Position numbers and translations under genes: made by a program. From Candidatus Multivoradales bacterium (GTDB lineage Bacteria > Acidobacteriota > Thermoanaerobaculia > Multivoradales > JAHEKO01), in assembly GCA_965223855.1 (NCBI GenBank), contig CBDCXM010000009.1:1408001-1472000 (forward strand): a stretch of DNA of 64,000 nucleotides, given 5' to 3'. Shown piece by piece: positions 48,479-58,660 of this stretch (position 1 is its first letter; each line of letters opens with the position of its first letter). Under the pieces are notes generated by a model, which had not been told where the DNA came from, searched no databases, and saw only the letters and a list, made by a program, of their open reading frames with translations.

Positions 48479-48928
48479 CTATCGGTACCCGTGCTCTCGA
48501 AGGAATCGGGAGACGGCTTCGTGGTTCTCGCCGTAGGCCAGCCATACCGCGGCGCACCAGCGGTCGAGTTCCCGATCGCGATCGCTTCCCGGTGAGGCTG
48601 CGACCACGTCGATGGCGGTGACGTCGCCGCGATCTTCCGGCAGCACGAGCTCAGGCCATCGGAGTCTGCGCCGTCCCTCGTTCTTCCGCCCCAACGCCAT
48701 GTGGGCGCGCTGAACCTGGCGTCCGCTCCAGCCGCGATCGACGTGGAGCAGCAGGCCGACCAGGGCGAAGGTGATGCCGATCGGCCTCGTCGTGGCGTCG
48801 GCGTGCTGAGCGGTCCAGGCGTCCACCGCATGCTGGTGCACGAAGTCCGGGCCGGCGTGCGACCAGGTGTAGGCGGTGAGCTCGTCGTAGGCCGCCTGCT
48901 CTGCGGCCGGGATGGTGGTCGTCGGCAC
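48479..48928 (-). CDS. DUF5946-like protein
   Basis: HQHAVDAWTAQH...FALVGL...W...VW.A pattern. Confidence 0.65.
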   Translation of the reverse strand: MPTTTIPAAEQAAYDELTAYTWSHAGPDFVHQHAVDAWTAQHADATTRPIGITFALVGLLLHVDRGWSGRQVQRAHMALGRKNEGRRRLRWPELVLPEDRGDVTAIDVVAASPGSDRDRELDRWCAAVWLAYGENHEAVSRFLREHGYR

Positions 48929-49008
48929 TATCGCTCGATGGTGTCACGCGGCGTCGGGTCGACGAGCCGGCAGCGGTTCGGCAGCGAGGCGGTGCGATAC
49001 TCCTGCGC

Positions 49009-50643
49009 GTGAGGAATCGCCTCGGAGCCGCGAGCGTGGTCGCCGGTCGGCCCTCGACGAGGGTCGGTCTGGTGCTGCTCGCCGCCGTCGTGCTCTCTGT
49101 GCCGGTGCTCCTCGCCGCGGGCTCGCAGACCGCCTCAGCCGCCGACGAGGGGCAACGGATGCGCTTCGCCGCGGTCGCCTCGGCCACCGACTACATGCAC
49201 ATCGGAGCCGCGCTCGCCTTCGCGCTGCTCCATCTGTTGCTCTTCGCGTTCTACCGGCGGGAGCGCGGCAATCTCTACTTCGCCGTCTTCGCGCTCGCCT
49301 ACGCCGGGATGACCTGGGGCGGCTATCAGCTCGACCATCCCGAGCCGGATCCGAATGTCCCGAGACTGGTCGCCCTGCTGCGGTTCACCTTCACCTGCGG
49401 CATCGTGCAGGCGTTCACCCTTCAGCGCTTCGCCCACGTCGAGTTCCTCGAGCGCACACCGCGGCTCTTTCACGTGCTTCTGCTCTGGGGCGCAGGCGTC
49501 ATCCTCTGGGTCTGGACCGTCCCCGCGGAGAGCCTGCGGATTCAGCCGGTGATGTACCTGGCGATCGCGACTACTGCCGAGCTGATGCGCACCGTCATCC
49601 TGGCTGCGCGCGGGCCGCGACGCCCCTCGGCGTGGCTGATCTACGTCGGCCTGGCGGCTCTCGCCTTGGCCGGTCTGGTCCAGAGTCTGCTGGCGCTGGG
49701 CGTCTTCGGCGCCTTCCAGCAGCGGGTCTACGCCTATGGCGTGCTGTTCTTCATGCTGGCGATCTCGATCTATCTGTCGCGCCGCTTCGCCACGATCGCC
49801 CTCGAGCTGGAGCATCAGCTGGAGGAGGTGCAGCGGCTGTCGGTCGTCACCCTGGAACAGGAGCGCGAAGCGCGTCGCCGGGAGGTCGAGAGCAGACTGC
49901 TGGAGGCGGAGAACGACCGGCGCGCCCACGAGCTCGAGGAGGCCCGGCGGCTGCAGCTCTCGATGGTGCCCTCCGAGCCGCCGGCCGTGCCCGGGCTCGA
50001 GATCGCGGTTGCGATGGAGACCGCCACCGAGGTCGGCGGCGACTACTACGACTTCCGGGTGGCGGAGGACGGGGCGCTCACTCTCGCCGTCGGCGATGCC
50101 ACCGGTCACGGCCTCAACGCCGGCCTGGTCGTCGCCTCCACCAAGAGCCTCTTCCAGGGGCTTGATGCCGGACGTTCGCTGCCCGAGTCGATGGAGCGGA
50201 TCGATCGCGGACTGCGTGGAATGCGACTGAAGCGACTGGCGATGAGCCTCGTGCTCGCGCGCTACCGCGAGGGCCGGCTGGAGGTTGCGGCGGCGGGGAT
50301 GCCTCCGCTCCTCGTCTATCGTCGGCGGGAACGCCGAGTGGAGGAATGTCTCCTCGCGGCACCGCCGCTCGGCACGCTCAAGGCCCGTACTTTCGAGTCC
50401 CACGAGCTGCAGGTGGGGGAGGGAGACGCCGTGCTCCTCGCCACCGACGGCCTGGTCGAGTTGCTCGACCCCGAGGACCGGGAATTGGGCTACGAGGAGG
50501 CGGCGAGCACCTTCTCTCGTGTCGGCGCCGCGAGCGCCGGCGACGCCGTGGCCGGTCTTCTCGAGCGTGTCGGCGCTTGGGCCTCCGGTCGGCCGCTCGA
50601 GGACGACCTGACCCTGATGGTGTTGCGCCGGCAGGTGAGGTGA
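49009..50643 (+). CDS. Membrane sensor (7TM-DISM-like) with SpoIIE/PP2C phosphatase domain
   Basis: Multiple TM helices, coiled coil, EVGGDYYD, GDATGHG, TDGLVE, DDLTL. Confidence 0.9.
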   Translation: MRNRLGAASVVAGRPSTRVGLVLLAAVVLSVPVLLAAGSQTASAADEGQRMRFAAVASATDYMHIGAALAFALLHLLLFAFYRRERGNLYFAVFALAYAGMTWGGYQLDHPEPDPNVPRLVALLRFTFTCGIVQAFTLQRFAHVEFLERTPRLFHVLLLWGAGVILWVWTVPAESLRIQPVMYLAIATTAELMRTVILAARGPRRPSAWLIYVGLAALALAGLVQSLLALGVFGAFQQRVYAYGVLFFMLAISIYLSRRFATIALELEHQLEEVQRLSVVTLEQEREARRREVESRLLEAENDRRAHELEEARRLQLSMVPSEPPAVPGLEIAVAMETATEVGGDYYDFRVAEDGALTLAVGDATGHGLNAGLVVASTKSLFQGLDAGRSLPESMERIDRGLRGMRLKRLAMSLVLARYREGRLEVAAAGMPPLLVYRRRERRVEECLLAAPPLGTLKARTFESHELQVGEGDAVLLATDGLVELLDPEDRELGYEEAASTFSRVGAASAGDAVAGLLERVGAWASGRPLEDDLTLMVLRRQVR

Positions 50644-50682
50644 CGACGGCCCGCCGGAGCACGGCGGCGTGAGAGGTTCAGG

Positions 50683-52452
50683 CTAGAGCGGCCACAGGAT
50701 CGGCACCACCAGCAGCAGAACGACGAACGCCAGCGCCGACAGCAGTACGCCAGACTTCACGAAGTCGGAGAAGCGGTAGCCCCCCGGGCCGTAGACCAGC
50801 AGGCAGGCCGGCTCGAACGGCGTGATGAAGGACAACGACGCCGACAGCGTCACCAGCACGGCGAAGCTCCGCGGCTCGACGCCGAGCTGGAGCGCCGTCG
50901 AGACGGCGATCGGCAGCACCACGAGCACCGCTGCGGCGTTGGACAGCGGCTGCGTCAGCACCATCGTCAGGACGGCGAGGGTCGCCATCACCGCGTAGAC
51001 GCCGAACGGTAGCACCCAGCTGACGATCAGCCCGGCGACTACCTCCGCCGCCTCGGTCTTCTGCATTGCCACTCCGAAGGAGGTCATGCCGCCGATCAGG
51101 ATCAGGAGCCGCCACTCGATCAGGCCGTAGATCTCGTGCGGCGTGATGCAGCGCCGGATGACCACGGCGAGCGCCGCCGTCAGCAGCGCGATCGACAACG
51201 GCACGAGGTCGAAGGCGGAGACGAGGACCGCGGCACCGAGAGCGGCGGCCGCGAAGGGCCCCTTGCGACGTCGGAAGGGCACGTGCCCGACCTCGTCGAG
51301 CAGTCGAAGGTCGCCGCTCATCTGTAGCGCCTCGAGCGCCTCCTCCCGTCCCTGGAGCAGGAGCACGTCGCCCACCCTGAGCGGCAGCTCACGGATGTCG
51401 CGCGCGACGTTACGGCCGCCGCGGTGCACCGCCAGCACGGAGATGCCGAACCGCTCGCGGAAGGCGAGAGCTCGCAGACTGCGCCCGGCGAAATCCGAGG
51501 AGCCGACGACGAACGCTTCCACGAGCTTGGCACCCTCGGCGACCAGATCGGCGTCGCCCAGAGCCGAGTCTGTTTCCAGGCGCAGGTCGGTGCGGTCCTT
51601 GGTCTCGAGCAGCGCCTCGCGGGTCGCTTCGACGACCAGCAGGTCGCCTTCCTGCAGCCGGGTCTTCGGCCGAGGCACGATCCGCTCTTCGCCTCGCACC
51701 AGCACGGCGACGAGGAAGCCCTGCTTGGAGAGCCCGGCCTCGCGCAGGGTCCGCCCCGCGAGCTCCGATCCCTCGGTGACGAGCACGGTGGACAGGTAGT
51801 CCTCGATCTCGTACTTCTCGCTCAGACTGCCGGGCGCCGCCTTCGGCATCAGGCGCGAGCCGACGAACAACAGGTAGAGGATGCCGAGCACGACGATGAT
51901 CAATCCGATCGGTGTGAACTCGAAGAAGGAGAAGGGCTCGTAGCCGAGCTGCTCGAGAAGGCCGCTGGCGGCCAGGTTGGTGGAGGTGCCGATCAGGGTG
52001 CAGGTGCCGCCCAGGATCGAGGCGAAGGCGAGCGGCATCAGCAGCCGCGACGCGCCGAAGCCCGCCTTCTTCGCCAGTTCGGTCGCCGACGGAACCAGCA
52101 CTGCGGTCGAGTTGGTATTGCTGACGACCGCCGACAGCGCCGCCGACAGGGAGCACAACGTGACGAGGATCCGGCTCTCCGAGCGCCCTGCGATCTTGAG
52201 GATCGCCTGCGCCAGCCACCCCATGACGCCGGTCTTGACCAGCGCCGCCGACAGCACGAACACCGACGCCAGCACGATGATGATCTCGTTGGCGAAGCCG
52301 GCGAACGCCTCGTCGGGGGTGAGGATGCCGGCCAGCACCAGCACGACGAGGACGAGCAGGGTGACGACGTCGATCGCCAGCCACTCGAAGGTGAAACAGG
52401 CCATCGCCGCGACCAGCAGGCCGAGGACGAGGGCGATCTCGAAGGTGATCAC
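50683..52452 (-). CDS. SLC13/CitMHS-type permease with two TrkA-C domains
   Basis: LGGTCTLIGTSTNL, SNAAA, ITPFEP..LLVYGPGGYRFSDF. Confidence 0.9.
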   Translation of the reverse strand: MITFEIALVLGLLVAAMACFTFEWLAIDVVTLLVLVVLVLAGILTPDEAFAGFANEIIIVLASVFVLSAALVKTGVMGWLAQAILKIAGRSESRILVTLCSLSAALSAVVSNTNSTAVLVPSATELAKKAGFGASRLLMPLAFASILGGTCTLIGTSTNLAASGLLEQLGYEPFSFFEFTPIGLIIVVLGILYLLFVGSRLMPKAAPGSLSEKYEIEDYLSTVLVTEGSELAGRTLREAGLSKQGFLVAVLVRGEERIVPRPKTRLQEGDLLVVEATREALLETKDRTDLRLETDSALGDADLVAEGAKLVEAFVVGSSDFAGRSLRALAFRERFGISVLAVHRGGRNVARDIRELPLRVGDVLLLQGREEALEALQMSGDLRLLDEVGHVPFRRRKGPFAAAALGAAVLVSAFDLVPLSIALLTAALAVVIRRCITPHEIYGLIEWRLLILIGGMTSFGVAMQKTEAAEVVAGLIVSWVLPFGVYAVMATLAVLTMVLTQPLSNAAAVLVVLPIAVSTALQLGVEPRSFAVLVTLSASLSFITPFEPACLLVYGPGGYRFSDFVKSGVLLSALAFVVLLLVVPILWPL

Positions 52453-52538
52453 CGCGGCAGGATAGCTGACCGGCACGCGAGGATGGTCGAGATGCGGGCT
52501 GTCGCAGGTCGTCGTTCGCGACCGGTATGCTCCGTGCC

Positions 52539-52973
52539 GTGTACATCCTCACGCGCAACGTCGGGCAGTCGGTCCGGATCAGCGACGACCCATTGGAGGA
52601 TCCGGCCCGCGACGACGACCTGGTGGTGGCCGTCGAAGGTATCGACGGCAGTCGGGTGCGGCTGTCGGCCTCCAGCGTCGCGCCGCTGGCTCTCTACCTG
52701 GAGGAAGAGAGGGGTCGAGCCTTCTCCAGCGGCGAGTCACCGGTTCCGCTGCCGGTCGGCGCCGACGGCCGGGTGTCCTTCGAGCGCCGGGTCGGCGAGG
52801 GGTTCTACCTCGACGACGACAACGACACCGGCCTTTTCGTCCTCGGCATCAGAGACGGGGAGATCAGAATGGGCATGACCGGCTTCGACCGGCGCCGGTT
52901 CCTGGCACAGGAGGCCTGGGAGCGGTCGCGCGATGCCCGGGCGAAGGCGCGCGGGGAACGCGCCGCGGACTGA
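52539..52973 (+). CDS. Tandem CsrA-like domain protein
   Basis: YILTRNVGQSVRI...VAVEGIDGSRVRL and FERRVGEGFYL...FVLGIRDGEIRMG both align by eye to CsrA (LILTRRVGE...VLGVKGNQVRIG). Confidence 0.6.
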   Translation: MYILTRNVGQSVRISDDPLEDPARDDDLVVAVEGIDGSRVRLSASSVAPLALYLEEERGRAFSSGESPVPLPVGADGRVSFERRVGEGFYLDDDNDTGLFVLGIRDGEIRMGMTGFDRRRFLAQEAWERSRDARAKARGERAAD

Positions 52974-52991
52974 GTTTCACCGCCTGCGCGG

Positions 52992-54155
52992 TCAGGGGCA
53001 GATTTCGACGACTGTCTCCCGGGCGCCACAATCCCAACGGACCTTGAACTCGTGCTCCCCGGGCTCGAGGCCGGGGAAGGCGACGCGGGCTCGGCCGTTC
53101 GGCTTGAGAATGCCGCTCTGGGTCCGGCTGTCATCGACGGTCACGGTGAAGCGCGCGCGAGCCTCCCCTCCCTTGAGGTGCACGACGCCGAGCCCGTTGG
53201 GCCGGCACAGCGTCCTCGCGACCGTCTCCGTGTCCCGGCACTCGCCCGGCTTGCGACGCTCGAGCAGGTAGTCCACCCAGTCGTTCCTGAACCGGGCGTT
53301 GATCGCCGGCACGTGCCCCGATCCGTCGAGCGTCCAGAGCTCGACCGAGCCTCCGGGCCGGCAGCGCCTCTCGTAGCGTTCGATCGTCGTCTCCGGCCCC
53401 GGTACGGCGGCATCGAGGTTGACGTTGCGGGGGTCCGTTTCCGGCATCAGTGAGCACTGGTTGCGCCGCGCCAGCAACCGGGCCGTCCTTCGTGCTCCGG
53501 GGTACTTCGGCAGTCCGAAGATCCTCCCGCCGTTGTAGAAAATGATGTCGTCCGCCGTGCCGTGGATCTGCAGCACGTAGACCGGCTCCGAGGGGCGGCA
53601 GGCAGGCCCGCGGTCGAAGGTGGTCCCGGCGAGGCTGGCGATCGCCGCCACCTTGTCGGTGTGCTCGCACGCCATGCGGTGCGACATGAAGCCCCCGTTC
53701 GACAGCCCGCCGAAGTAGATCCGTCGCGGATCGATGTTGCACTGCGCCTCGAACGCCTCCACGAGGGTGCGAAGATAGGTCGCATCATCGACACCGGAGC
53801 CGAAGATGTCGCAGCAGGCGTCGGTGGCGTTCCAGAACCTCTCGCCGCGTGAGTTTCGCGTCCCGTCCGGGTAGGCGACGATGAAGCCCTTCAGCTCGGA
53901 CTGCTGCTCGATTCCCATGTACTGGGCGTGAAGCGCGCCGCTGCTGTTGAACGGGTGGAGCAGCACGATCAGCGGTGTCGGCCGCAGCGGGTCGTAGTCG
54001 GCGGGGACGTTGAAGCCGACCGGGCCGCGGCCGAGGTCGATCGATGCGCGACAGTCGGCGGCCGTCTGGGCGAAGCCGGCGGCGGTCGCGACGAGAAGGA
54101 GAAGAGCCGCAGCGGCGAGCGGCAGGGGAGCGGACGGGAGGGTTCTGAAGCTCAT
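52992..54155 (-). CDS. Secreted LpqC/PHB-depolymerase-like alpha/beta hydrolase
   Basis: PLIVLLH, AYPDG, WNA..CC, GLSNGG nucleophile elbow, IHGTADD, GH. Confidence 0.88.
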   Translation of the reverse strand: MSFRTLPSAPLPLAAAALLLLVATAAGFAQTAADCRASIDLGRGPVGFNVPADYDPLRPTPLIVLLHPFNSSGALHAQYMGIEQQSELKGFIVAYPDGTRNSRGERFWNATDACCDIFGSGVDDATYLRTLVEAFEAQCNIDPRRIYFGGLSNGGFMSHRMACEHTDKVAAIASLAGTTFDRGPACRPSEPVYVLQIHGTADDIIFYNGGRIFGLPKYPGARRTARLLARRNQCSLMPETDPRNVNLDAAVPGPETTIERYERRCRPGGSVELWTLDGSGHVPAINARFRNDWVDYLLERRKPGECRDTETVARTLCRPNGLGVVHLKGGEARARFTVTVDDSRTQSGILKPNGRARVAFPGLEPGEHEFKVRWDCGARETVVEICP

Positions 54156-54337
54156 GGCGGCGCGAGCTTACACGGAAGGTGCTGTCCGCTTCGAGTCTCG
54201 AGCTACCGGCTCTGCAAAGCAAAAAGTCAGATTTCATCGACAGTTACCGGTGGGCGAAACTTGGTCGGGCGACGAAAGAGGCCGAAAAGGGGGCACAATG
54301 GTGCGGGCGCGGCCCAGGCACCGGGCTCCGGAGACTC

Positions 54338-55546
54338 GTGATCGCAGGCGACGACACAGCAGCGAGCGCCGCCCCTCGCCGCCCGACGGGGGCGCTCGAG
54401 AGACCGGGAGTCCATGTCCGGGAGCTGACCTTCGCCATCCGACCGATCTCGGGGGCTCCGACCTCGGTCGCCGGTTTCGTCGGCCAGGCCGTGCGTGGCC
54501 CGGTAGACCCGCGAGTGGTCGATAGTCCGGGTGAGTTCGAGCGCCTCTACGGCGGTACGACCGACGCCTCGTTCCTCGCACAGGCGGTGCGCGGCTTCTT
54601 CGAGAACGGTGGCCGCCGCTGCCATGTGGCCCGCGTCGAGGGAGCGGCGGGAAAGGAGGCGAGCGCCGACGACTACATCGGCGACCGCTCGCTGCCGCCG
54701 GGCGGGCGCACCGGCCTGGCGGCGCTCGAGGGGATCGACGAGATCTCTCTGCTCTGCGCACCGGACGAGGTGCGGCGAGCGCCCAACGACCTCTCTCGGG
54801 TCACCGCTGCGGTCGTCGAACAGTGCGAGCGCCGTCGCGACCGGATGGGCATCCTCGCGATGACGGCAGGGCAGGGCGATCCGCGTAACCTTCCGCCGCT
54901 TCCGAACACCTCCTGGGCGGCGCTCTATCACCCGTGGATCGAAGTTCCCGGCCTGCCGCGACGCACGTCTCGCGAACTCGTGCCCGCGAGCGGCCACGTG
55001 GCGGGCGTCTTCGCGCGTGTCGCCGAGCACCGTGGAGTGCACAAGGCGCCGGCCGGCGAGGAGCTGCGCGGTGTGACGGCGCTCGAGCTCGATGTCACCG
55101 ACGCGGTCCAGGCCGAGCTCAACCCGCTCGGGATCAACTGCCTTCGGGACTTCCGCACCAGTGGTCGCGGCATCGTCGTCTGGGGAGCGCGAACGCTCGC
55201 TCCGGCGTCCGAGTGGCGGTTCGTCAACGTTCGACGGCTGTCCATCTTCATCGAGGAGTCGATCGAGGAGGGGCTGGAATGGGTGGTGTTCGAGCCCAAC
55301 GAGCAGCGCACCTGGGACCGGATCGTCGCTTCGGTGGAGGCGTTCCTGCTCGCGCTGTGGCGCGACGGGGCCCTGCTCGGGTCCTCCGCGGACGCCGCCT
55401 TCTTCGTTCGCTGCGACCGGTCGACGACTACGCAGGCCGATCTCGACCGCGGGCTGTGCGTCGTCGAGGTCGGTTTCGCGCCGCTGAGACCGGCCGAGTT
55501 CCTCGTGCTGACCCTGGTCACGAAGACCCTCGCCGCCGGCGACTGA
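54338..55546 (+). CDS. Contractile tail sheath protein (eCIS/phage type), orphan
   Basis: PGVHVRE..PISG..TSVAGFVG..RGP, YHPWI, SGHVAG, GVHKAPA, LNPLGINCLR, VWGARTL, VRRL, VFEPN, APLRPAEF. Confidence 0.9.
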   Translation: MIAGDDTAASAAPRRPTGALERPGVHVRELTFAIRPISGAPTSVAGFVGQAVRGPVDPRVVDSPGEFERLYGGTTDASFLAQAVRGFFENGGRRCHVARVEGAAGKEASADDYIGDRSLPPGGRTGLAALEGIDEISLLCAPDEVRRAPNDLSRVTAAVVEQCERRRDRMGILAMTAGQGDPRNLPPLPNTSWAALYHPWIEVPGLPRRTSRELVPASGHVAGVFARVAEHRGVHKAPAGEELRGVTALELDVTDAVQAELNPLGINCLRDFRTSGRGIVVWGARTLAPASEWRFVNVRRLSIFIEESIEEGLEWVVFEPNEQRTWDRIVASVEAFLLALWRDGALLGSSADAAFFVRCDRSTTTQADLDRGLCVVEVGFAPLRPAEFLVLTLVTKTLAAGD

Positions 55547-55644
55547 GCCGGCGGATCCTCCGACAGCGGACGGGTCGTGCGTTGACGCGCAGAACCCGCC
55601 GGCAGCAGAATGCGTACAAACAAGTAACAACCTGGGAGGTCGCC

Positions 55645-58263
55645 ATGAATCGCCGGATCGCTCTTGCCCTTTCGTTCGCCCTCTGCCTGCTGCTCGCGGG
55701 CGTGCCGCTCACGGCGCAGGAAGAAGGTGCCGCCGACGAAGAGGAAAGCACCGAAGAATCCACCGACTCCGGATTCTCGGACGAGATCGTCGTCACCGGA
55801 ACCCGCAAGGCGGGCCTCGTGCCGACCGAGACGCTTTCGCCGGTCGATGTCGTGACGGCCGAGACGATCGCCGAGCAGGCGAGCTTCGATCTCACCGACG
55901 GCATCAGCCGGATCGCGCCGTCATTCAACACCCAGCGCTTTCCGATCGCCGACGGCACCGCCTTCATCCGCCCGGTGACGCTGCGCAATCTCTCGCCCGA
56001 CCACACCCTGGTGCTGGTCAACGGCACCCGGCGCCACCGCTCGGCGCTCGTCAACCTCCAGCTCGCGCCGCTCGGCACCGTCAACCAGGGCTCGCAGGCG
56101 GTCGACTTCTCGACCCTGCCGGCGGCGGCGATCGAGCGCATCGAGGTGCTGCGCGACGGCGCCTCGGCGCAGTACGGCTCCGACGCCATCGCCGGCGTGC
56201 TCAACGTCATCCTCAAAAGCAACTCCGAGGGCTACTCGTTCTCGATCCAGACCGGCGAGTACTTCGAGGGCGACGGCGGCCGCACGACCTACAGCGGCAA
56301 CGCCGGCTTCAGCCTCGGTGACGACGGCTTCTTGAGCGCGTCGTTCGAGCACTCGAGCTCGGACAAGACCTCACGCGGCGTGGCGCGGCCGGACGCGGCG
56401 TTCGTCGCCAGCGTCGTCGGTGTCGAGAACACGCCGCTGGGCGGGCTCGGTCAGCGCTGGGGCGACCCCGAGGTCGAGGTCACCAAGGCGTTCCTCAACC
56501 TCGGCAAGGAGTTCGGCGAGAACTCGGAGTTCTTCTCCCACTTGAGCTACGCCGAGAACGAGACGATCTCCGACTTCTTCTATCGCGGCCCGGTGCTCGA
56601 CCCGAGTCAGATGTTCAATGCGCGCACCACGCTGCAGCAGGATCTCGACGGCGACTTCCGTCCCGACCCGGCACCGCAGGCGTTGATCGACGAGATCCTC
56701 GCCCAGGGGCTCGACCCGGCCGACTATCTGGTAGCCGATCCGACCAGCCCTTCCGGCTTCGTGCTGCGCAACCCGGCGTTCGCGCTCTTCCCGGGCGGCT
56801 ACAACCCCAACTTCGGCGCCGACCTCACCGACTTCGCCCTCGTGGCGGGGGTGCGTGGCGTAGCGGCGAGCGGCTTCTCCTGGGACGTGCGAGCCCGCAC
56901 CGCCGAGAACGAGGCCGACTACGTGATCTCGGAGACGATCAACCCGAGCCTCGGCGCGCTGTCGCCGACGACCTTCCGGCCGGGGACCCTCACTCAGGAA
57001 GAGACGAGCCTCAACGCCGATTTCGTCCAGACCTTCGACGTCGGCAACCTCGCGTCGCCGCTCAACGTCGGTTTCGGCGTCGAGCTGCGCGACGAGACCT
57101 ACAAGATCGGCGCCGGCGATCAGGCGTCGATCGAGGCGGGTCCGACAGCGGCGATCTTCGGTGTCGGTTCCGACGGTTTCCAGGGATTCCCCCGCGAGTC
57201 GGCGGGCAGCTTCGGCAGCGAGAGCGTCGCCGCTTACGTCGATCTCGAGGCCGACCTCACCGATCGCCTTTCGGGCGGTGTGGCGGTGCGCTTCGAGGAC
57301 TACGACCTCTTCGGCTCGACCTTCGACTGGAAGCTCTCGGGACGGCTCGACGTCAACGACAAGTTCGCGCTGCGGGCGACCGCCAACACCGGCTTCCGCG
57401 TGCCGACGCCCGGTCAGGTCAATACCCTCAACGTGACGACGAGCGCCGATGCGAGCGGCAATCTGATTCCGAGCGGCGTCTATCCGGTCGACAATCCGGT
57501 GGCGATCGCACTGGGCTCGGCACCGCTGACTCCCGAGGAATCGACCAGCTTCACGGTCGGCTTCGTGGCGTCGCCGTCGCCGACCACGAGCGTGACGCTC
57601 GACTACTACGACATCTCGATCGAGGACCGGCTGGCGCTTCAGAACAACACCGTCAGCGCGGCCGACGTGCCGGCGCTCCAGGCAGCCGGGGTCGCCAACG
57701 CCGAGCTTCTGGTCAACAGCATCGCCAACTTCTTCAGCAACGCCTTCGACTCCGACATCAGCGGCATCGACCTCGCGTTCGTCAAGAACTGGGCGGTCGG
57801 CAGCGGTCTGCTCGGTTTCGATCTGCGCCACAATCACAACGAGCAGGAGGTGTCGAACGTCAAGCCCGGCACCATCAACGCTTCGCGGGTCTTCGACCTC
57901 GAGAATCAGGTGCCGGAGGACCGCACCCAGGTCTCGCTCAACTACGACGGCGGCGAGAGCTGGTTCAGCGGCTATCTGCGGGCCAACCACTACGGCAGCT
58001 GGCAGACGACCGGCGGCCTCTTCAGCCCCGGTGACGCGAGCGACGCTTCGTCCTACGGTGGCGAGACGCTGGTCGATCTGGAGGCGCAGTTCCGCCTGGG
58101 CGACAACTACACGATCGCCATCGGTGGCGAGAACGTCTTCGACACCCTGCCGGACGACGAGCTCGACCCGGTGCTGCAGTTCCTCGGCGTCACCAGCTCG
58201 ATCACCTCACCGTTCGGCTTCAACGGCGGGCTCTGGTACGTGCGCCTGTCGGTCGACTTCTAG
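55645..58263 (+). CDS. TonB-dependent receptor
   Basis: Signal peptide; EIVVTGTR; TLVLVNG.RRH; IERIEVLRDGASAQYGSDAIAGVLN; terminal F. Confidence 0.95.
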   Translation: MNRRIALALSFALCLLLAGVPLTAQEEGAADEEESTEESTDSGFSDEIVVTGTRKAGLVPTETLSPVDVVTAETIAEQASFDLTDGISRIAPSFNTQRFPIADGTAFIRPVTLRNLSPDHTLVLVNGTRRHRSALVNLQLAPLGTVNQGSQAVDFSTLPAAAIERIEVLRDGASAQYGSDAIAGVLNVILKSNSEGYSFSIQTGEYFEGDGGRTTYSGNAGFSLGDDGFLSASFEHSSSDKTSRGVARPDAAFVASVVGVENTPLGGLGQRWGDPEVEVTKAFLNLGKEFGENSEFFSHLSYAENETISDFFYRGPVLDPSQMFNARTTLQQDLDGDFRPDPAPQALIDEILAQGLDPADYLVADPTSPSGFVLRNPAFALFPGGYNPNFGADLTDFALVAGVRGVAASGFSWDVRARTAENEADYVISETINPSLGALSPTTFRPGTLTQEETSLNADFVQTFDVGNLASPLNVGFGVELRDETYKIGAGDQASIEAGPTAAIFGVGSDGFQGFPRESAGSFGSESVAAYVDLEADLTDRLSGGVAVRFEDYDLFGSTFDWKLSGRLDVNDKFALRATANTGFRVPTPGQVNTLNVTTSADASGNLIPSGVYPVDNPVAIALGSAPLTPEESTSFTVGFVASPSPTTSVTLDYYDISIEDRLALQNNTVSAADVPALQAAGVANAELLVNSIANFFSNAFDSDISGIDLAFVKNWAVGSGLLGFDLRHNHNEQEVSNVKPGTINASRVFDLENQVPEDRTQVSLNYDGGESWFSGYLRANHYGSWQTTGGLFSPGDASDASSYGGETLVDLEAQFRLGDNYTIAIGGENVFDTLPDDELDPVLQFLGVTSSITSPFGFNGGLWYVRLSVDF

Positions 58264-58309
58264 TCGGACGACCCGCAGGGAGGCCGAAAGTCGGTGTCGA
58301 GCACCGCGA

Positions 58310-58660
58310 GAGCGCGTAACCGGTGATGAGCTCGCTCCAGGTGGCACCCCAGTTGGTGTTGCAGTCGCGCTCGCAGCTCCCGGCCTCCCCCGGCCGAAGG
58401 TGTACATCGTCGAAGGGTTCTCGCTCGGATCGCGTAGGTGCACGAGCAGGTCCAACCGCCCGGTTGGCTCGCGTCGGGCTCACAGGGAGCGTCGAGGCAG
58501 AACGCCCATCCCTTGCCGTTCGTCGTCAGCTCCGCCGCGGTGCAGCCCCACGCCATCGACGGTGTGCCGACCTCGGGATCGATGTTCTCGAGCGAGTAGG
58601 TCGAGGTCTCTCCCCGGAGCGCACAGGGGGAGTTGGCAGGCAGCCTGGGGTAGCAGTGCC
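58310..58660 (-). pseudogene. Frameshifted remnant of a Cys-rich protein
   Basis: STYSLENID...WGC...WAFCLDAPCEPD...WTCSCTY continues in two other frames (DPSENPSTMYTFG; GSCERDCNTNWGATWSELITGY). Confidence 0.4.

Noticed and set aside
54934-55644. 1109-aa TonB receptor with a long N-terminal extension
   Set aside because: The extension overlaps the tail-sheath gene in another frame; a GGAGG RBS and signal peptide place the start at 55645.
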